Below, in pieces: positions 1 through 15,145 of a stretch of DNA of 64,000 nt. The DNA comes from Chrysomallon squamiferum (lineage: Eukaryota; Animalia; Mollusca), in assembly GCA_012295275.1 (NCBI GenBank), contig CM022667.1, positions 4,898,001-4,962,000 of the forward strand, read 5' to 3'. The translations under genes were made by a program, and so were the position numbers. The notes beneath the pieces are model-generated. The model worked only from the letters and a program-made list of their open reading frames with translations. It did not search any database and had not been told where the DNA came from. Within the stretch, counting starts at the first letter, position 1. Each line of letters opens with the position of its first letter.

Positions 1-1218
1 AACCATCATGTGGTCCTTTCAGAACATTAGGTCCATCATCCCTGGAAAAACAACAGATCTGGATTTATTTACTTGTCTCCAGTAGGTTTTTACCTTTTAT
101 TTTTTTTTTTTTATTATCATTATTATTATTATTATTATAATATAGATTATCGTTGCTGTAACAAAGCCACAGAACTGAGAGTAAATAATTTTGACATCAA
201 AGTCATAGCTATAGTGAAATTTAAAACAAGCAGTGTATTTTTATTTTAAAGACATTTTGTTACCATATGAATTCAAAGATTAACAATATGACAAATTATA
301 TCTACTTTTGAATTTTCTTTTTACAATTTATAATATTTCAAAATAAAAATACCCATTAAATAATGAATAAACTGAATGATATATGAACTGAAAAATTGCT
401 AACTGGCAATATTTGACTTTTAACCATACATTTTACAAAATACACAAGAGTTAGTGCCCTTGATCGGACCTTTAGCAATAATTTTGATTATTTACAACAT
501 TTCAAGACATAATTCTCTTGGGATTGTATTTATTATTAGCTGTTGTAAGTGTATTTTGTGTGAGAAATGTTGTTTAAAAATGTACCTGTACATTCCAGTA
601 GCAATATCCCAAATGTTTATAGTTTTGTCCCAGGATGTTGTAGCAAAACTTCTCTCATTTCGTGAGATGGCACAGCTCGACACAACATTGGTGTGACCAC
701 TGAAGTCATTTAGAAACACCACATTATAGTAATAATACATGTTGACACAGTAACAGCAAACTTAAGTTACAATAATAACTCCTACCACTACCATCATCAC
801 TAATAATAATAATAATTATTATTAATATTACTGTTGTTGTTGTTATTATTATCACCACCCAGAGTTTCTCTTTTAAAAAAGAAAAAATTTAAAATTAAAA
901 AAGCCAGCGAAAAGATTTTTTAAAATTGTTTAACATTATTATTTAGAGCTGGATTTGTACTTAAAGAACCTGAGATTTTATAGCGTAAGACATCATAATA
1001 TTATATGTCATTTGGCTTCACTTTTTCTGTAGTAAATTCTTGTGAAGTTGAGATAAGAAACGTATATGTTGGGATTAAATGTACACAGAATTAAATAGAA
1101 TATTTTGACAATTGTAACACTATTTTGTAAAACATGCTTACCATAAATAAGTTTTCATGACCAATTTATACATGACTGGTAATGAATATCTTTAAACATT
1201 TTTATCTTACAGATTGTT

Positions 1219-1268
<50 letters not shown>

Positions 1269-3057
1269 TTTTTACATGTAATTATAACGGATACCTACTC
1301 AAGAGTTATTGTATTTTCACATGAACGTAGATCAAAGAATTTTGTGAATCTGTCCATAGAGGTTGTTATCACTTTATTGTTGTCAAATGAAAATATACAT
1401 GAAGTCACTGTACTTTTGTGAAAATCTGAAACAAAAACAATGAACACAGGCTGGGATCTTGTTTGAAAATATGTTAAAGAAAAGAATGTAAACATACTGG
1501 AAAATTACTTTCACTGATGTATGTGGAAGGGATCAGATTCAGTCTTGGGCACAAATACAAAGATTTTAATTAAATAAAAGAATGAATATACACCTTTCTT
1601 TCACAAGGATGTTGTAATATAATATTACAATGTATAAATTTATTTTATCAGAATATTTGTGTTAAAATAAAAGAATGCATCAGAATAATCAAAATATATC
1701 ATATTTTCAATTAGGTTGCACTCACCACTTCTTATTTTTGAAAACCATAACCATAATCTGTATTTTTTTTTATTCAAAATCATCTTGAATATAAATGAAT
1801 AAAAATTATACTAAAACAAAAACTAAAAAGAAAAATGGATAAAAATATATCTGCACCTTTCAAATGATGTATAATGTTTCCTGTTCTGGTGTCTGCTATT
1901 TTAACTGTGTTGTCGAAATCTGATCCTGAACAAACAAGTTTACCATCATACGAAACTTTGCAACATGTCGCAGCCCCTCCATGCCCATATTTCCACTACA
2001 ACAAAACAATATGAAATAAAATAAAATTCAGTATCACTGTATCATTGTATGACAATATAAAATTTAAGAATAATTTCATGATTAATTGTATACTGTATTC
2101 TATAATTACATTATTTTAAAACAATCTTTGATGTACTTTTTTTTTTTATTAGATTTAATTATGAAATACGAAAGATGAATGAAGAATATAAAATACTTTA
2201 AGTGAGGAAATTTGAGATGAAGGGTGATTTAGCTGAGAGAAAAAAGAGAGAGACATGGAATTTCATGTATGCATGTGTGAAATGAAATATTTAAATATGA
2301 AGCTCAATGTACCAGACAAACTCCAGTTTCAGTGTCCCAGTATTTAATCATTTTATCCCAGCCTGAGGAAACAAATCTGAAAACAAACCAAACAGAAATG
2401 AATCAACTTAAACATTCAAAATTAAATTCACATCTGTTTCTATATTATGAAACAAAAGAACAGATATTAGATATTACCTAAGCCCATCATGATTTGGCCT
2501 TGCTTCACTGACTTCCATAGAATGAATGTCATCATACGATCTAAGAAGACGGCCTGACCTGAATTTCCACAGTTTTACAGATTTGTCATCAGATGCTGTT
2601 ATGACTACATTATCATTGATCAGTGTGTCACAACTGTTAACACTTTCTGTGTGACCACGCAACACCTGAATTCGAACCTGAAATAAGCCAAAACAAAATA
2701 TATTGTTCGGAATTTATGTCTGTGTGTCGCAGCACAGAGAAAAAAAAAAAAAAAAAAAAAAAATGAATTAAATAGTAATGACAACGAAAAACAAAATTCT
2801 TGTCTAACAAGTTAATAATAATAATAATAATAATAATAAGAAAGAAGAAGAAGAAGAAGAAGAAGAAGAAGAAGAAGAAGAAGAAGAAGAATATATTGCT
2901 GAAAATAAATTTATGAACTTGAATAAATTGATTCGATAAGAAAAACCTTAGCTAAATCTTCGTTTTCCCATAACGCAAAAGTATACTTTCTGTCGTCTTC
3001 AAGGCTGAAAGTTCGTGTAAGTTCAACAGCTAATGGATTTTGGTCTTTGTCTGCCAT
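1..3057 (-). CDS. WDR88: WD40-repeat protein, WDR88-like (5' part; 3' end lies beyond the window start)
   Basis: GT-AG exons 3057-2947, 2677-2478, 2376-2313, 1995-1857, 1425-1299, 699-586, 41-<1 join in frame: MADKDQNPL...LAKVRIQVLRGHTESVNSC...ASDDKSVKLWK...SGWDKMIKYWDTETG...HKSTVTSCIFS...TSMDRFTKFFD...GHTNVVSSCAIS...TSWDKTINIWDIATGMYR. Clear GH...WD repeats. The WDR88 assignment rests on recalled similarity. Confidence 0.8.
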
Positions 3058-3368
3058 TGCTATGGATATTCAGTTAAATTTATTTTTATTTATTTTCTGA
3101 GATGATGAAAACTTCATCAGGCCTTTCGATCAAAAGCGTCTGTGGTTGCCATCTATCCGAACGTAAACCGATTTAGATCTCGTATCGATTTATGATAGTC
3201 GCCATTACAATTTAATTTCAGTTTTGCATTATAATTAAATATCATTTTCATTATTAAATTGTTATTTAATTTGTGATGTAATACTAAATTACTATTGTTA
3301 TTTTGAATATATTTTACTTATTTTTCAATTCATAACATATTGCGACAACAGATCATCAACAGATCAAG
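3058..3368. promoter_or_regulatory. Putative bidirectional promoter between the WDR88-like gene and MARCHF6
   Basis: Divergent start codons only ~310 bp apart (ATG at 3057 on -, 3369 on +). Locally CpG-richer, with TATCGAT (DRE-like, ~3183) and CGCCAT (YY1-like, ~3200). Confidence 0.65.
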
Positions 3369-4322
3369 ATGGACGAATCTGAGGGACACGCAGGTAGGAT
3401 AAAAGACAAATACTGTATTTTGTTCGTAATTACTGTATTCACAGTACATGAAATTTTGGTTATTTTGTTTTAAATGTGATTAACTTTGTTACCTTAAAAA
3501 GCTATTAATGTTTTAAGGCTTCATAATGCGAATAATTTGCAGTTTCCGTGAAGATTTCGGTACGATTTTTATGTAGGTGTAGTTTATCTTTTAACACCTT
3601 GTTTTGGGGATCGTTTTAAGCCATTTATTACAGTTTTTGTCACGCACATTTAAACACATGCGCTGACGTTAGTATTGAAAAGAAATAATAATGAATGATA
3701 AAAGTTCCATAATCTGTTTTTAACAGTACTAAAAATGAATAAAAGAAAAAGTGATGTTTTCACTTTATGTTTTTTAAACGGCAACATAAACTATGATAAA
3801 ACACAGGCTGAAATCAACAATAAAACATGCACACATGTTAAAACTTAAATTAATTGTTATTTTAATTAAATAGGCCTATGTGCCATTTGTATAACAAATG
3901 ATGCAATGCATAGTAAGTTGTTTATTCTTTTTTCTTTATTAAATTTTATAATATTAATAATAATATCTTGATCTAATTCCATAACTGTGTGTTTGTACAT
4001 TGTTTTATTGTCAGCTTGGATTCAGGCAGCCATCAAATAAAAGTTTCATGTAACTGAAATAACCTTTAATTGCAAGATTACTGTATGATATGTTGGTGTT
4101 TTATATATGTAGTTTTGTTTTAATTATTATTATTTTATATAATATGTATTTGCTTGTCCAGAGTTGTGTGTGTATGGCTGTGCATTGATTTGTATTTTGC
4201 AGGCATGCATACATGAATCTTTGTGTACATACATTGAACATATGTTTACTTATCTGAGTTAATATATTTTCATACAAAAAATAAAATTCATTTTTATTTT
4301 TTTATTTTTTATTTTTTTTAAG

Positions 4323-4358
<36 letters not shown>

Positions 4359-5679
4359 GTAAGTACTATTGGTGGCTCTTGCTATTTTGTTTTTACAAAA
4401 TAGAAAATAAAGAAATCTTTATTTTATGCTACTTTCAGCCATTATCCTAGCTGAACTAAGTACAGTGGCAGTCAGTTCTCATATTTTATTGATTAACTTG
4501 TGTAACTTGTAGAAAATAGACTGACAAAAAGAAAACTTTAATACATCTCAGAAAATTTTCAGTTTCTGTTGAATGGAAAATTAAAAAAAATATATATATA
4601 TAAAAAATCACATACAAAATTATACTGTTTAAAACAATTGCTTTTAACATTTTTGTTTCACATAATTATTCATAATTATTCAATTTTTGTTTGTTTATAT
4701 TGTGAATCATATTTTATTTTGTTACATTTATATATAATTTTTTTTTATAATAATTAAAAATTTAACAGTGTTAATGTTATTATTAGCAGAATATGTTTTC
4801 GTGTACATATCCAGTAATACAGGATGGTAAAATACATCTGTAGATAAACAGTGAAACTTTTGAAACATATTTATATGTTATGTCTACTGAAACAAATATG
4901 TCTGTGTTAATCTGGCGCCTGGTTTTTCAGTGTACATTATTAAAAAGAAGAGACTTGTTGTTTTATATCAGACAGACTGATGGAAGGCATTTCTCATTTT
5001 GAAAACATTTTTATTTTTATTTTATTTTTTTAAATCTTTATACCTTAGCTAGGTACCTAGGTACCAGAAGTATGTTGATTCCACGAAAGCTTGTTAATAT
5101 ATAACTCCTAGTCTTAGCATCTTTCAGTTTAAACTTAAAATACTTCTGTTGTCAATTCTAAGGCAGATTAAAATAAAATAATCATCTGCTGTATCAGCTT
5201 TGTCAACAAAGTGCATCATTAATGTGTGTAACGAGGTAAATATTTTATTTATAAATTTAACTGGCTGCTGTATTTGTTTTTAAATAATTTATTTACTCAT
5301 TGTTTGCTTTCAGATATCTGTCGAGTGTGTAGGTGTGAGAGCACCCCAGACAAGCCCCTGTACCACCCGTGTGTTTGTACGGGGAGTATCAAGTTCATAC
5401 ACCAGGACTGGTGAGTCACGTACATGAGATGATAATTATTTATAGTTATCGCCCTGGGTTACAGATGCTAAACAATAATTATTTTTATCAGCCTAGTTTT
5501 ACTGTAGATAAAAATAGCCGTGATATTTGACTTGTTCATCACTCAGAAGATGTTAAATGTCATCACTATTTTTATCCACGGCAATACGTTTGATAAAATA
5601 GTGTCACGTTTTGTCTTGAATCACGTATGCTTATTTCAGATATTTCTTACTTGTTTTATATTTGTATAACTTATATAAA

Positions 5680-5710
<31 letters not shown>

Positions 5711-8700
5711 CCCATCCACTTCTAAGGATTTTATGTTTATAATATTTGTATTATTTTTTTATTATCGTTTAGTTTTCATTATGATTACTAAATTGTATGC
5801 ATTTAATATCACTATTTAAAATTAAGAATGCATGAAAGATGTTCACATGAATATCTCAAAACTTTAAGATAAATTTATTTATTTAATGTGTTTATTTTTA
5901 TCAGTCTGGTTCAGTGGTTGAAGTACAGTCATAAAGAATACTGTGAATTATGCAAGCACAGATTTGCTTTTACTCCAAGTAAGTCACCTAATAAATTACT
6001 CTTTATTCAAGTAATTCACTTAGCAAACAGTGTATTTAAAAAGGAATAAGAATGTAAGATAATATTAAGAATTATTTTAGTAATTAGAACCATAACTTAG
6101 GCTCATTAGAGGCTCATAATGCTATGTATAAGTTATAAAGTTTATTTTTAAATATTTATTTTCAATCTAAAATTAAAATTGATGTGTAAGAGTATTTAGT
6201 GCAAAGTCAAGTCACAAATATTAGAATATTTAATATTCTTTTAACTTAAAGAATCTTACCTGAAGCTTGTTTTTATTTTTTCTATTTCTAAAAAAAAATA
6301 CAAGAAAGAAAGAAGAAATTATCTGATTCTAACTAAATATTCTTTCATTGTTTTGATTTGTTTGAACCCGCTGATACACTTGAAATGTTTGACATGTGCA
6401 GTGTTGTGTAAATATTTCAGTTTATTCTCCCGACATGCCGAAGCGACTGCCCATCAAGGACATAGTGAGTGGATTAGTGACGAGCATAGCGCGGGCAGTG
6501 AGGTACTGGTTTCACTACACACTGGTCGCCTTTGCCTGGCTTGGAGTAGTTCCGCTCACTGCCTGTAAGTCTCATCTTCTTTATATCTCTGTCTCGTATT
6601 TACACACACTGAAACAAAAACACAACACACACATGCACATTCAGACACACAAATAGTATGCACAGACACAAGTACATCCATGCACTCAAGCACACAGAGT
6701 GATAAAATAACATACGTAGCCTACGAATGTATTTTGAAATGATGAAACTAAACATTTCTGTGGTGTTTTCTCTGTCAGGTCGTATTTATAGATGTCTCTT
6801 TACCGGTTCTGTCAGTTCACTTCTCACCCTGCCTCTTGACATGCTGTCAACGTAAGTGTCTGTTTACTTACAGTTTAATAATGATAATAATAATATTTTT
6901 AATAAAAGTGAAATGAAAATTAGTATGAAATTTGATTATTTTATCATTACGATTTACCCAAAAAAATTTAAAAAAAAAAAATTCATTCTCAGATTTGAAA
7001 AATTAGGTGAATAAAAAAATGTTACTTAGATAAAATTTGATTTTACTATTACACAAAAGTCCCCACTCCCATCAAAACAAACAGAAATCTTTTAGAGCAG
7101 AGTCCTATTACAGTTTTATTTTAAAATCTTATTATTTAACTGCAAACAAAACATTTTTTACTTCACTATCTATTTTGTCTGGTTATTAGACACATAATTT
7201 AATACAATATGTTTTGTGCACCATTGTTTATTAATTGTGAAACCTGACTTCAGCATCTGTTTTTCGTTTTCAGAGAGAACTTGGCAGCTGATTGTTTCCA
7301 GGGATGTTTTGTAGTTACATGTACTCTGTGTGCATTTATCAGTCTCGTGTGGTTACGAGAACAGATTCTACACGGCGGAGGCCCTGATTGGCTGGAACAG
7401 GAAGACCAGGGAGCCAATCAAGCAAGGGTAATGCTTTATGAATATTTTGAAATTTTCATTAAATGTTTATAGAGTCATTTCGGTTTCTTTTCTCTCTCTC
7501 TTTTGAATGTACTGCTGAAATAATGTAAGAAAAAGAAATGGAAAAAAAAAAAAAATTATTCCAAACAGACACCCAAAAATAATTTTATTAATCTAAAATA
7601 AACTATTTTCTTTAGAATTAGTATCAGAAATTTCAGAATGCTTTGAATCTTTGTCAGATGAATTATACTTTTGTATTTTCCAGAATATATTTGATGGTGG
7701 AGCTATGAATAATTTGATTGGTGGGTTTGCTGGAGGAAATCGGATGCAAGCCAATCAAAATGAAGGTAACAACCAGGCAAATGGAGGCGAGGAAGAGCGC
7801 GAAGAAGGGGATGAGGATGGTGATGCAGCAAATAATGGCAACAATGCAGCTCAAGGTAAAATACTTAATTATTTTTGTAACTACATAAACAAATATCTTT
7901 CATCATTCTCTGTTAGTCCATCATATCAATATCACACTATCATAATAATTGGTTATCATTATTATTAAAAAAAAATTCTGCTAATACACTAACACTTAAA
8001 ATTTTATTTATGCTTAGACTTTACCCAGCTTGATTTTTACTGTCAACGTTCATTGTGACAACCAATAGTAATAATGTTAAAATAAACAACTTACTGTAAA
8101 TAAGAATTAAGTAGTAGATCATTTGAAAGATGGATTTAGTGTTTTATAAAATGAATTTTTCAAATTAAACTTAGCAAAATATAATTTTTATTTAATTTTT
8201 CAGATGACAACAACTGGAATCACATAGAATGGGACCGAGCAGCTGAAGAACTGACTTGGGAAAGGGTAAAACTTTTATTAGTTTATTATAAACATGTTGT
8301 CTGACAAGAAGAATTCTACATTTAAAATCTTTATATTTATGCCATATTCTTTAAAGAATTCTTAAATAAGGTAATAACAATTCATGAATTTCAGATTTTA
8401 AGTGTGGTGGTTAAAAAAAATTATTGATTAATATGCAGGGTTTTTATGTTTGTTTTTTTAATTGAGTAGGTTTCTTAAATTGCATTATCCTGTTTGAAGG
8501 TTTTTAGAAATTTTTAGAGGTTTTGTGAAAATTTAGAAAAAAAATGTTTTATATATTTGTATAGCCTTGTCTTTTTCTAATAAAGTCTAAATGTCTCAAA
8601 GACAAAAATAATTTTAAACAAAAATGTTTCTGATTTGATTTCTTTCAGCTGCTTGGGCTGGATGGGTCTTTGGTTTTTCTGGTGAGTTTTATAAATCTGC

Positions 8701-11700
8701 ATTTAATAAAGAAATGAATTTGAATTCTACCTGCCAAATTTAGAACATTTTTAACTTCATTTTGAACAGTTAGGCACTCATGAATAAGTTAAAATCATTT
8801 TCTGTTGCTTAAATTTTTAACTTACAATTATATTCATTATTTAATATTTCTTTTTAAGATCCAAAACATTTTTTTTTTCTTTCTTTCAGGGTATTCTAAA
8901 CATTGATTTATTTATTCATGTTTCGTGTATTTGATCATTGTTTTGTTTGTTTCAGGAACATGTTTTCTGGGTCGTATCACTAAACACTCTGTTTATTGTT
9001 TTGTTTTGTTTCAGGAACATGTTTTCTGGGTCGTATCACTAAACACTCTGTTTTTTGTTTTTGATCACTGAACACTCTGTTTATTCTGGTGTTTGGTAAG
9101 TTTTAACTAATTCTTCATCTGTGATATGTTTGCAAAATGATTTTAAGTTACTTTTGTTTCTCTTGAAACTCTTTAATTTATGTAAGGATGTGTTTCAATG
9201 AGTTATGTATCTGAATTATTTAATATGAATATTCCTGTTTAAAAAAAAGTGATTTTCTTACAGATATTTTTTAAATTCAATACAAATTAATAAACAAAGG
9301 AAAGAAAAAGAAACCATAATTTTTCTTTCTTACTTACAAACCTTTTTTATTTTAATTTTTTAATTATTATTATTTGTTTTTGAATCTTTCATTACATTAA
9401 TAAAAATAATGTAATATCTTATATTAGACACTAACTTCGATATTTTGTATGTTATAACTTATATATTATTTTTTAAATTTGTTTTTTAACTTTCAGCTTT
9501 TTGTCCATATCATATTGGCCATTTTACTCTGATTGGATTTAAAATGGATGATTTTGTGAGTATAGAATATAGATTTTTTAAAATTTCATTCGTAACTTTA
9601 ATGCAGTTTTATCTATTTAATATTATATGAGTACATCCATGCTTTCATCTCTACATGATTATAAATATTATATTCATATTAATTTATTGTTTTTATTTTT
9701 TATTTTTAACTAAATATCTAGTTATCATGTTATCTTGAATGGTATGCTTTTTATCATAATTTGAACAAATGTGATATTATAACAACTTAATGTCTCTGTG
9801 AATGTTAAAAGAGAAGTGATAGGTTTGTGTGTGTTTTAGGCTATTCTGTCTGAGTTCTGTGAATGTTAAAAGAGAAGTGATAGGTTTGTGTGTGTTTTAG
9901 GCTGTTTTCTCTGAATGTTAAAAGAGAAGTGACAGGTTTGTGTGTGTTTTAGGCTGTTTTCTCTGAATGTTAAAAGAGAAGTGACAGGTTTGTGTGTGTT
10001 TTAGGCTGTTGTTTCTCTGAATATTAAAAAAGGTTTGTGTGTGAAAAGTGACTGAGTTGTGTGAATGTTAAAAAAAGGTTTGTGTGTGTTTTAGGCTGTT
10101 CTCTCTGAGTTGTGTGAATGTTAAAAAAGGTTTGTGTGTGTTTTAGGCTGTTCTCTCTGTGAATATTAAAAAAGGTTTGTGTGTGTTTTAGGCTGTTGCG
10201 TCTCACTTTGAGGGGTTGGTGACAACTCTCACTGGATACATCGTCATTGCTGTCTCCCTCATTGTTCTCTATGTTCTATGTTCCATGACTCGACTGAAAA
10301 AGTAAGTCACTGTCATATTTCTTTATTTTATTTTTAATTTTGATTTTTATTTACTTTTAAAATCTTTTTTATTATATATTTAAAATCTTTTTCTTATTAT
10401 ATTTTATTTAACTAATTTCTTTTCTTCTGCTCCATTCTGTTTGTGTTTTATTTTATTTTATTTTATTTTATTTTATTTTTTTTTTTTTTTTATTATTATT
10501 TTTTTTATTATTTTTTTTTTTTTTTTTTTAATTCTATTTCATATAGTATTAAATATATTAAAATATTCTAATCTCTATTTATAAATCAAAAATCTAATTT
10601 ATTTTAATTGATTGTTATTATTTTTGTTTTAGGTTTCACAGAGTTCTGGGTCTATGTTATGTAGTTGTCAAGGTGAAGCTATTGGTTGTCGTAGAGATAG
10701 GATTGTTTCCACTTATATGTGGCTGGTGGCTTGATATATGTTCGCTGGTGAGTCTCGTTATCCAGTCATTCAGCACACTGTGAGGAATTTCATGTTGAAA
10801 TTAAATTTCAAAAGAAACAAAAGAAAAGATTGGAATATCTTGGAATCTGGATACTTAAACATTCTTGGAATATTCTGGAATTACTTTTCAGAAGACCTCT
10901 CCAAACTGAAATGACTGTTTTATGTAAATGAATAGGAAAATTGTGCAAAAATCAAAAATTACTAAATGTGATGAAGACATTATAATAATGTTAATATTTC
11001 TGTTTTTAAAAATACAACTTACAAACTAATATTTGTGTTTTTAATCCTGCAGGCAATGTTTGATGCGTCTCTCAAAGATCGTAAGAGCAGCTTCCACCAG
11101 GCTCCTGGCACCTCCATGTTCATTCACTGGCTGGTTGGCATGGTCTACGTTTTCTACTTTGCCTCCTTCATTCTGCTCCTTCGAGAGGTCCTTCGGCCTG
11201 GAGTCCTCTGGTTTCTGAGAAATCTCAATGACCCTGAGTTTAATCCTATACAGGAGGTACGATTAGTGAAACATGTTTAAACAACAGATTTTAAAATACT
11301 ACATAATTAGTATATATCAAATTTAATTTCTCTAAAAGAAAGTCTAATAAAGTCTAAATTCAAATACTTAAATTTTAAGTTAATAATACTACATCTCTCT
11401 CTCTCTGATTTTGCCTCTCCAGTGTCCTTTTCTCTGTCTTTTGTACCTCATTCATTCTTCTTCTTCTGTTTTATACAGCTAAAATATATATTACATTTAT
11501 TAAAGATTTCTTCACTTACATTTTCTGTGTGATCTTTCAGATGATACATCTACCAGTGTACAGACACATTCGACGATTTGTGGCATCAGTGGTAATTCAT
11601 TTTTTCTTTGTAACAGAAATATCTAATGATGTGTGATAATGTTAATTGTTTCTTTGTAACAGAAATATCTAGTGTGTATGTTAATGTTAATTTTTTATGT

Positions 11701-14700
11701 TATAACCAGAATTATCTGATGATATTGTTTCTCTTGTGAGTACATGCTTGTGTATGTTGATGTAGATGTGTGTGTTTGTATGTATGCTTGTTTACTATCT
11801 GTATGGCATTCTGAAAGACATATATATATTATGTTGACTAATATTTTCTTGTAAATGTATAATTTGTGTCTGTGTTATGTGTGTGTGTTTGTGCCTGTTT
11901 ATACGAGTGTGACAGTGAGTTATAGGAATTTAAGCATTTCACAGTATTTAATCTTCAATTTTATTTTGAAAGCAGTCAGCTTCTGCATATTATGAATTTA
12001 TATCTCTGTTTGATTATTTTCAGATAATCTTTGGCAGTACAGTGCTGTTGATGCTGTGGTTGCCAGTACGAGTGATAAGAAAAATATTTAAAGGATTTTT
12101 ACCCTACCACGTCATGCTTTCAAGGTGCTTTTTGTTATTACATTATTAAAATATATTTATTACTAAATTACATTTGGTGTGTGTGTGTGTGTTTCACTGA
12201 ACTGTAACTAGAAATGTGTTAATTTGTCTGTGTTTGTGTGTGTGTTTCACTGAACTTTGTATAGAAATGTGTTAACAATGTGTTTATACTTTGTTTGTGT
12301 TTCAGTGATGCTCCAGTCAGTGAACTCTCACTAGAGCTGCTGCTGCTGCAGGTTGTGTTACCAGCTCTGTTAGAACAAGGCCACACCCGGGTGTGGCTCA
12401 AGGGACTTGTGCGGGGTTGGACTATCGGTGTCGCCTACATCCTCAACCTCCGATCTTACCTGCTCGGAGATGTCAACCTTACTGATGAGGTTAACCTCAT
12501 TTAGATTTATTATATTTTTATTTAGTAAATTAATTTCTGTTAAAAATAACTGTTCAGTATAATAAAAAAAAATTAAATAAAGGTTTTTTATTTTTTTATT
12601 TTCATTTAATAATTTGTACTTTTAGTTAATTTTATGTTTGTATCAGTTTTTTTATATTCTTTTGTTTCTTTTTAACATTTAATTTTCAAAAAGAATACCT
12701 TATTTTATACTAAATGACCAGATAACAAAACTTACTAGATAACATATATATGTCTGTTAGAATGTATTTTAGTGTCTACTACGTTTTGTATATTAGGTTT
12801 ATCTTAGTATATATTAGATTTTGTAAACAATACATTGTATGTGTAATATTATACAAAATCTACTATATCACATATATATATATATATGTTTATATAAACT
12901 GTATAATATATTTATCTTTCACAGGATGACATTGTTCAGGGGGACCAGTTAGCCCCGCCTGCAGCACCAGCTCCACCTAACAACCCTGGTGTACCCCTCC
13001 CTATACAACAAGGGCCGGCAGAGGGCCTAGGCGCAGCCCACCAAGCCATGCTTCAGGGTGGAGGACCCACCGGATTTCAGCCCTACAAGAAACCCTCCTT
13101 CTTTGCTGTCAGGGTAAGAGTTTTCATACTTTATTCAGCAGTCTTACTTGTTCATGCTGTTTGATGTTATTACTACAGTCCTGTATATATTATTTTTTTT
13201 ATTATAATTTTTTCTATCTTTATCCTTCTGTAGACTTTTTTTTTAATCAGACTATTTAGGCATCTTATTTCAGTTTCTGTATCTAAAGCTATCATTACAG
13301 TATTTTAAATAATTCAAAGACTATGTCTGTGTTTAAATAACTCAAAGACTGTCTGTGTTTAAATAATTCAAACACTATGTATTTAAATAACTCAAAGACT
13401 ATATCTGTGTTTAAATAATTCAAACACTATGTTTGTATTTAAATAACTCAGAGACTGTGTTTGTATTTAAATAACTCAGAGACTGTCTGTTTAAATAATT
13501 CAAAGACTATGTTTTATTTTTCAAAAATCATTCAATAAAAACAATGTTTGTATTTAAATAACTCAAAGACTATGTCTGTTTAAATAACTCAGAGACTGTT
13601 TGTATTTAAATAACTCAAACACTATGTTTATATTTAAATTACTGAAAGACTATGTTTGTGTTTAAATAACTCAAAGACTATGTTTGTATTTAAATAACTC
13701 AAAGACTATGTTTGTGTTTATGATTATTTCAGGTTCTGTTGCTGGTGGCTCTCATGTGTGTTACTCTGTTTGCAGCAAGCCTTGTTTCTCTTGTAGCACC
13801 AGGTAACAACAAGTTTTTATTTTCCTAGACACTGTCACATTCACCATTTTTTTATAGACAGACGTGATGTTAAATTTTATATCACAGTTAAATTTATACA
13901 TTTTCAAGAAAATTTAACAAAAACCAAAGCAGGAGAAAAGAAAACACAAAGCATGAAACTGTTGTCAGATAACTGACTTTAAAATAAAATATACTCTAAA
14001 ATATTTTTATTTGTATTCATATCCTGAAATTATACATCCTAAAATGATAAAGTAATAAAAGTAAAAAAGCTTTTTCAGACAAGCTTTTCTTTTCACTTTG
14101 TTTCAAATTATATCAGATGGACTAAAATTTGTATTTAATTGAAAAACATTTATGATAGTAAATAATTTTCTTATCATTCATTTTTTTCAAAATTAGATTT
14201 TGTTTTCAATCTTTTTCATATTATATTGTACCTAAAAATATTACTGTTATTATAATAGTAAATTCATTTTGTATCTTTCAGTTTTTCAAAGAAGCTTTTC
14301 TTTTCTGTTAGTTTCAAATTAGATTAGTGAACAAAATTTGTTCACAAAATTTTATTATGATAGTAAGTTAGTTTGTTATTTTCAGTTTTTCAGACAAGCT
14401 TTTCTTTTCTGTTTGTTGAAATCAAATTATATCATGTGAACAAACTTTGTTTATAAAATGTTATTATGGTATTTTAAGTTAGTTTTTTATTGTCAGTTTT
14501 CATCGGGCGTCGGCTGATGTCTGTGTGGATGGGGGACTCGAAGATACACGAGCTGTACACTGCAGCGTGTGGACTCTACATCTGCTGGCTCACTCTGCGA
14601 ATTGGAACAGTGCTCTACAACTGGATTCCTAAAGGATCATCAGTCATCCTGAAGAAATTAAAAGAATGGGGCTTGCTGGTAACAACTGTTATTTGTTTTT

Positions 14701-14742
14701 TTATTGTCACTGATATTGTTGTCTTGTTATTACTACTATTGA

Positions 14743-14800
<58 letters not shown>

Positions 14801-15090
14801 CTTTTCACAAATCACCAGTTAAATACTTACATAAAAACACTTAAAATGTTATTAATTCATGATAATTAATTTATTGTGTGTGTGTGTGTGTGTGTGTTTG
14901 TTAGAATATTTGTGTGTATAATATGTATTTAAATCCACATGCTACTTATTTGTTTACCTACTTATAAATTTATGTACCTATTTAATTTATTTACTTATTT
15001 ATTTATTTAGTTAGTTAATTACTTAGTTACCTTTTTATTTATTTATTTAATTATTTTTATTATTTAAATATATTTATTTATTTAAATATT

Positions 15091-15145
<55 letters not shown>

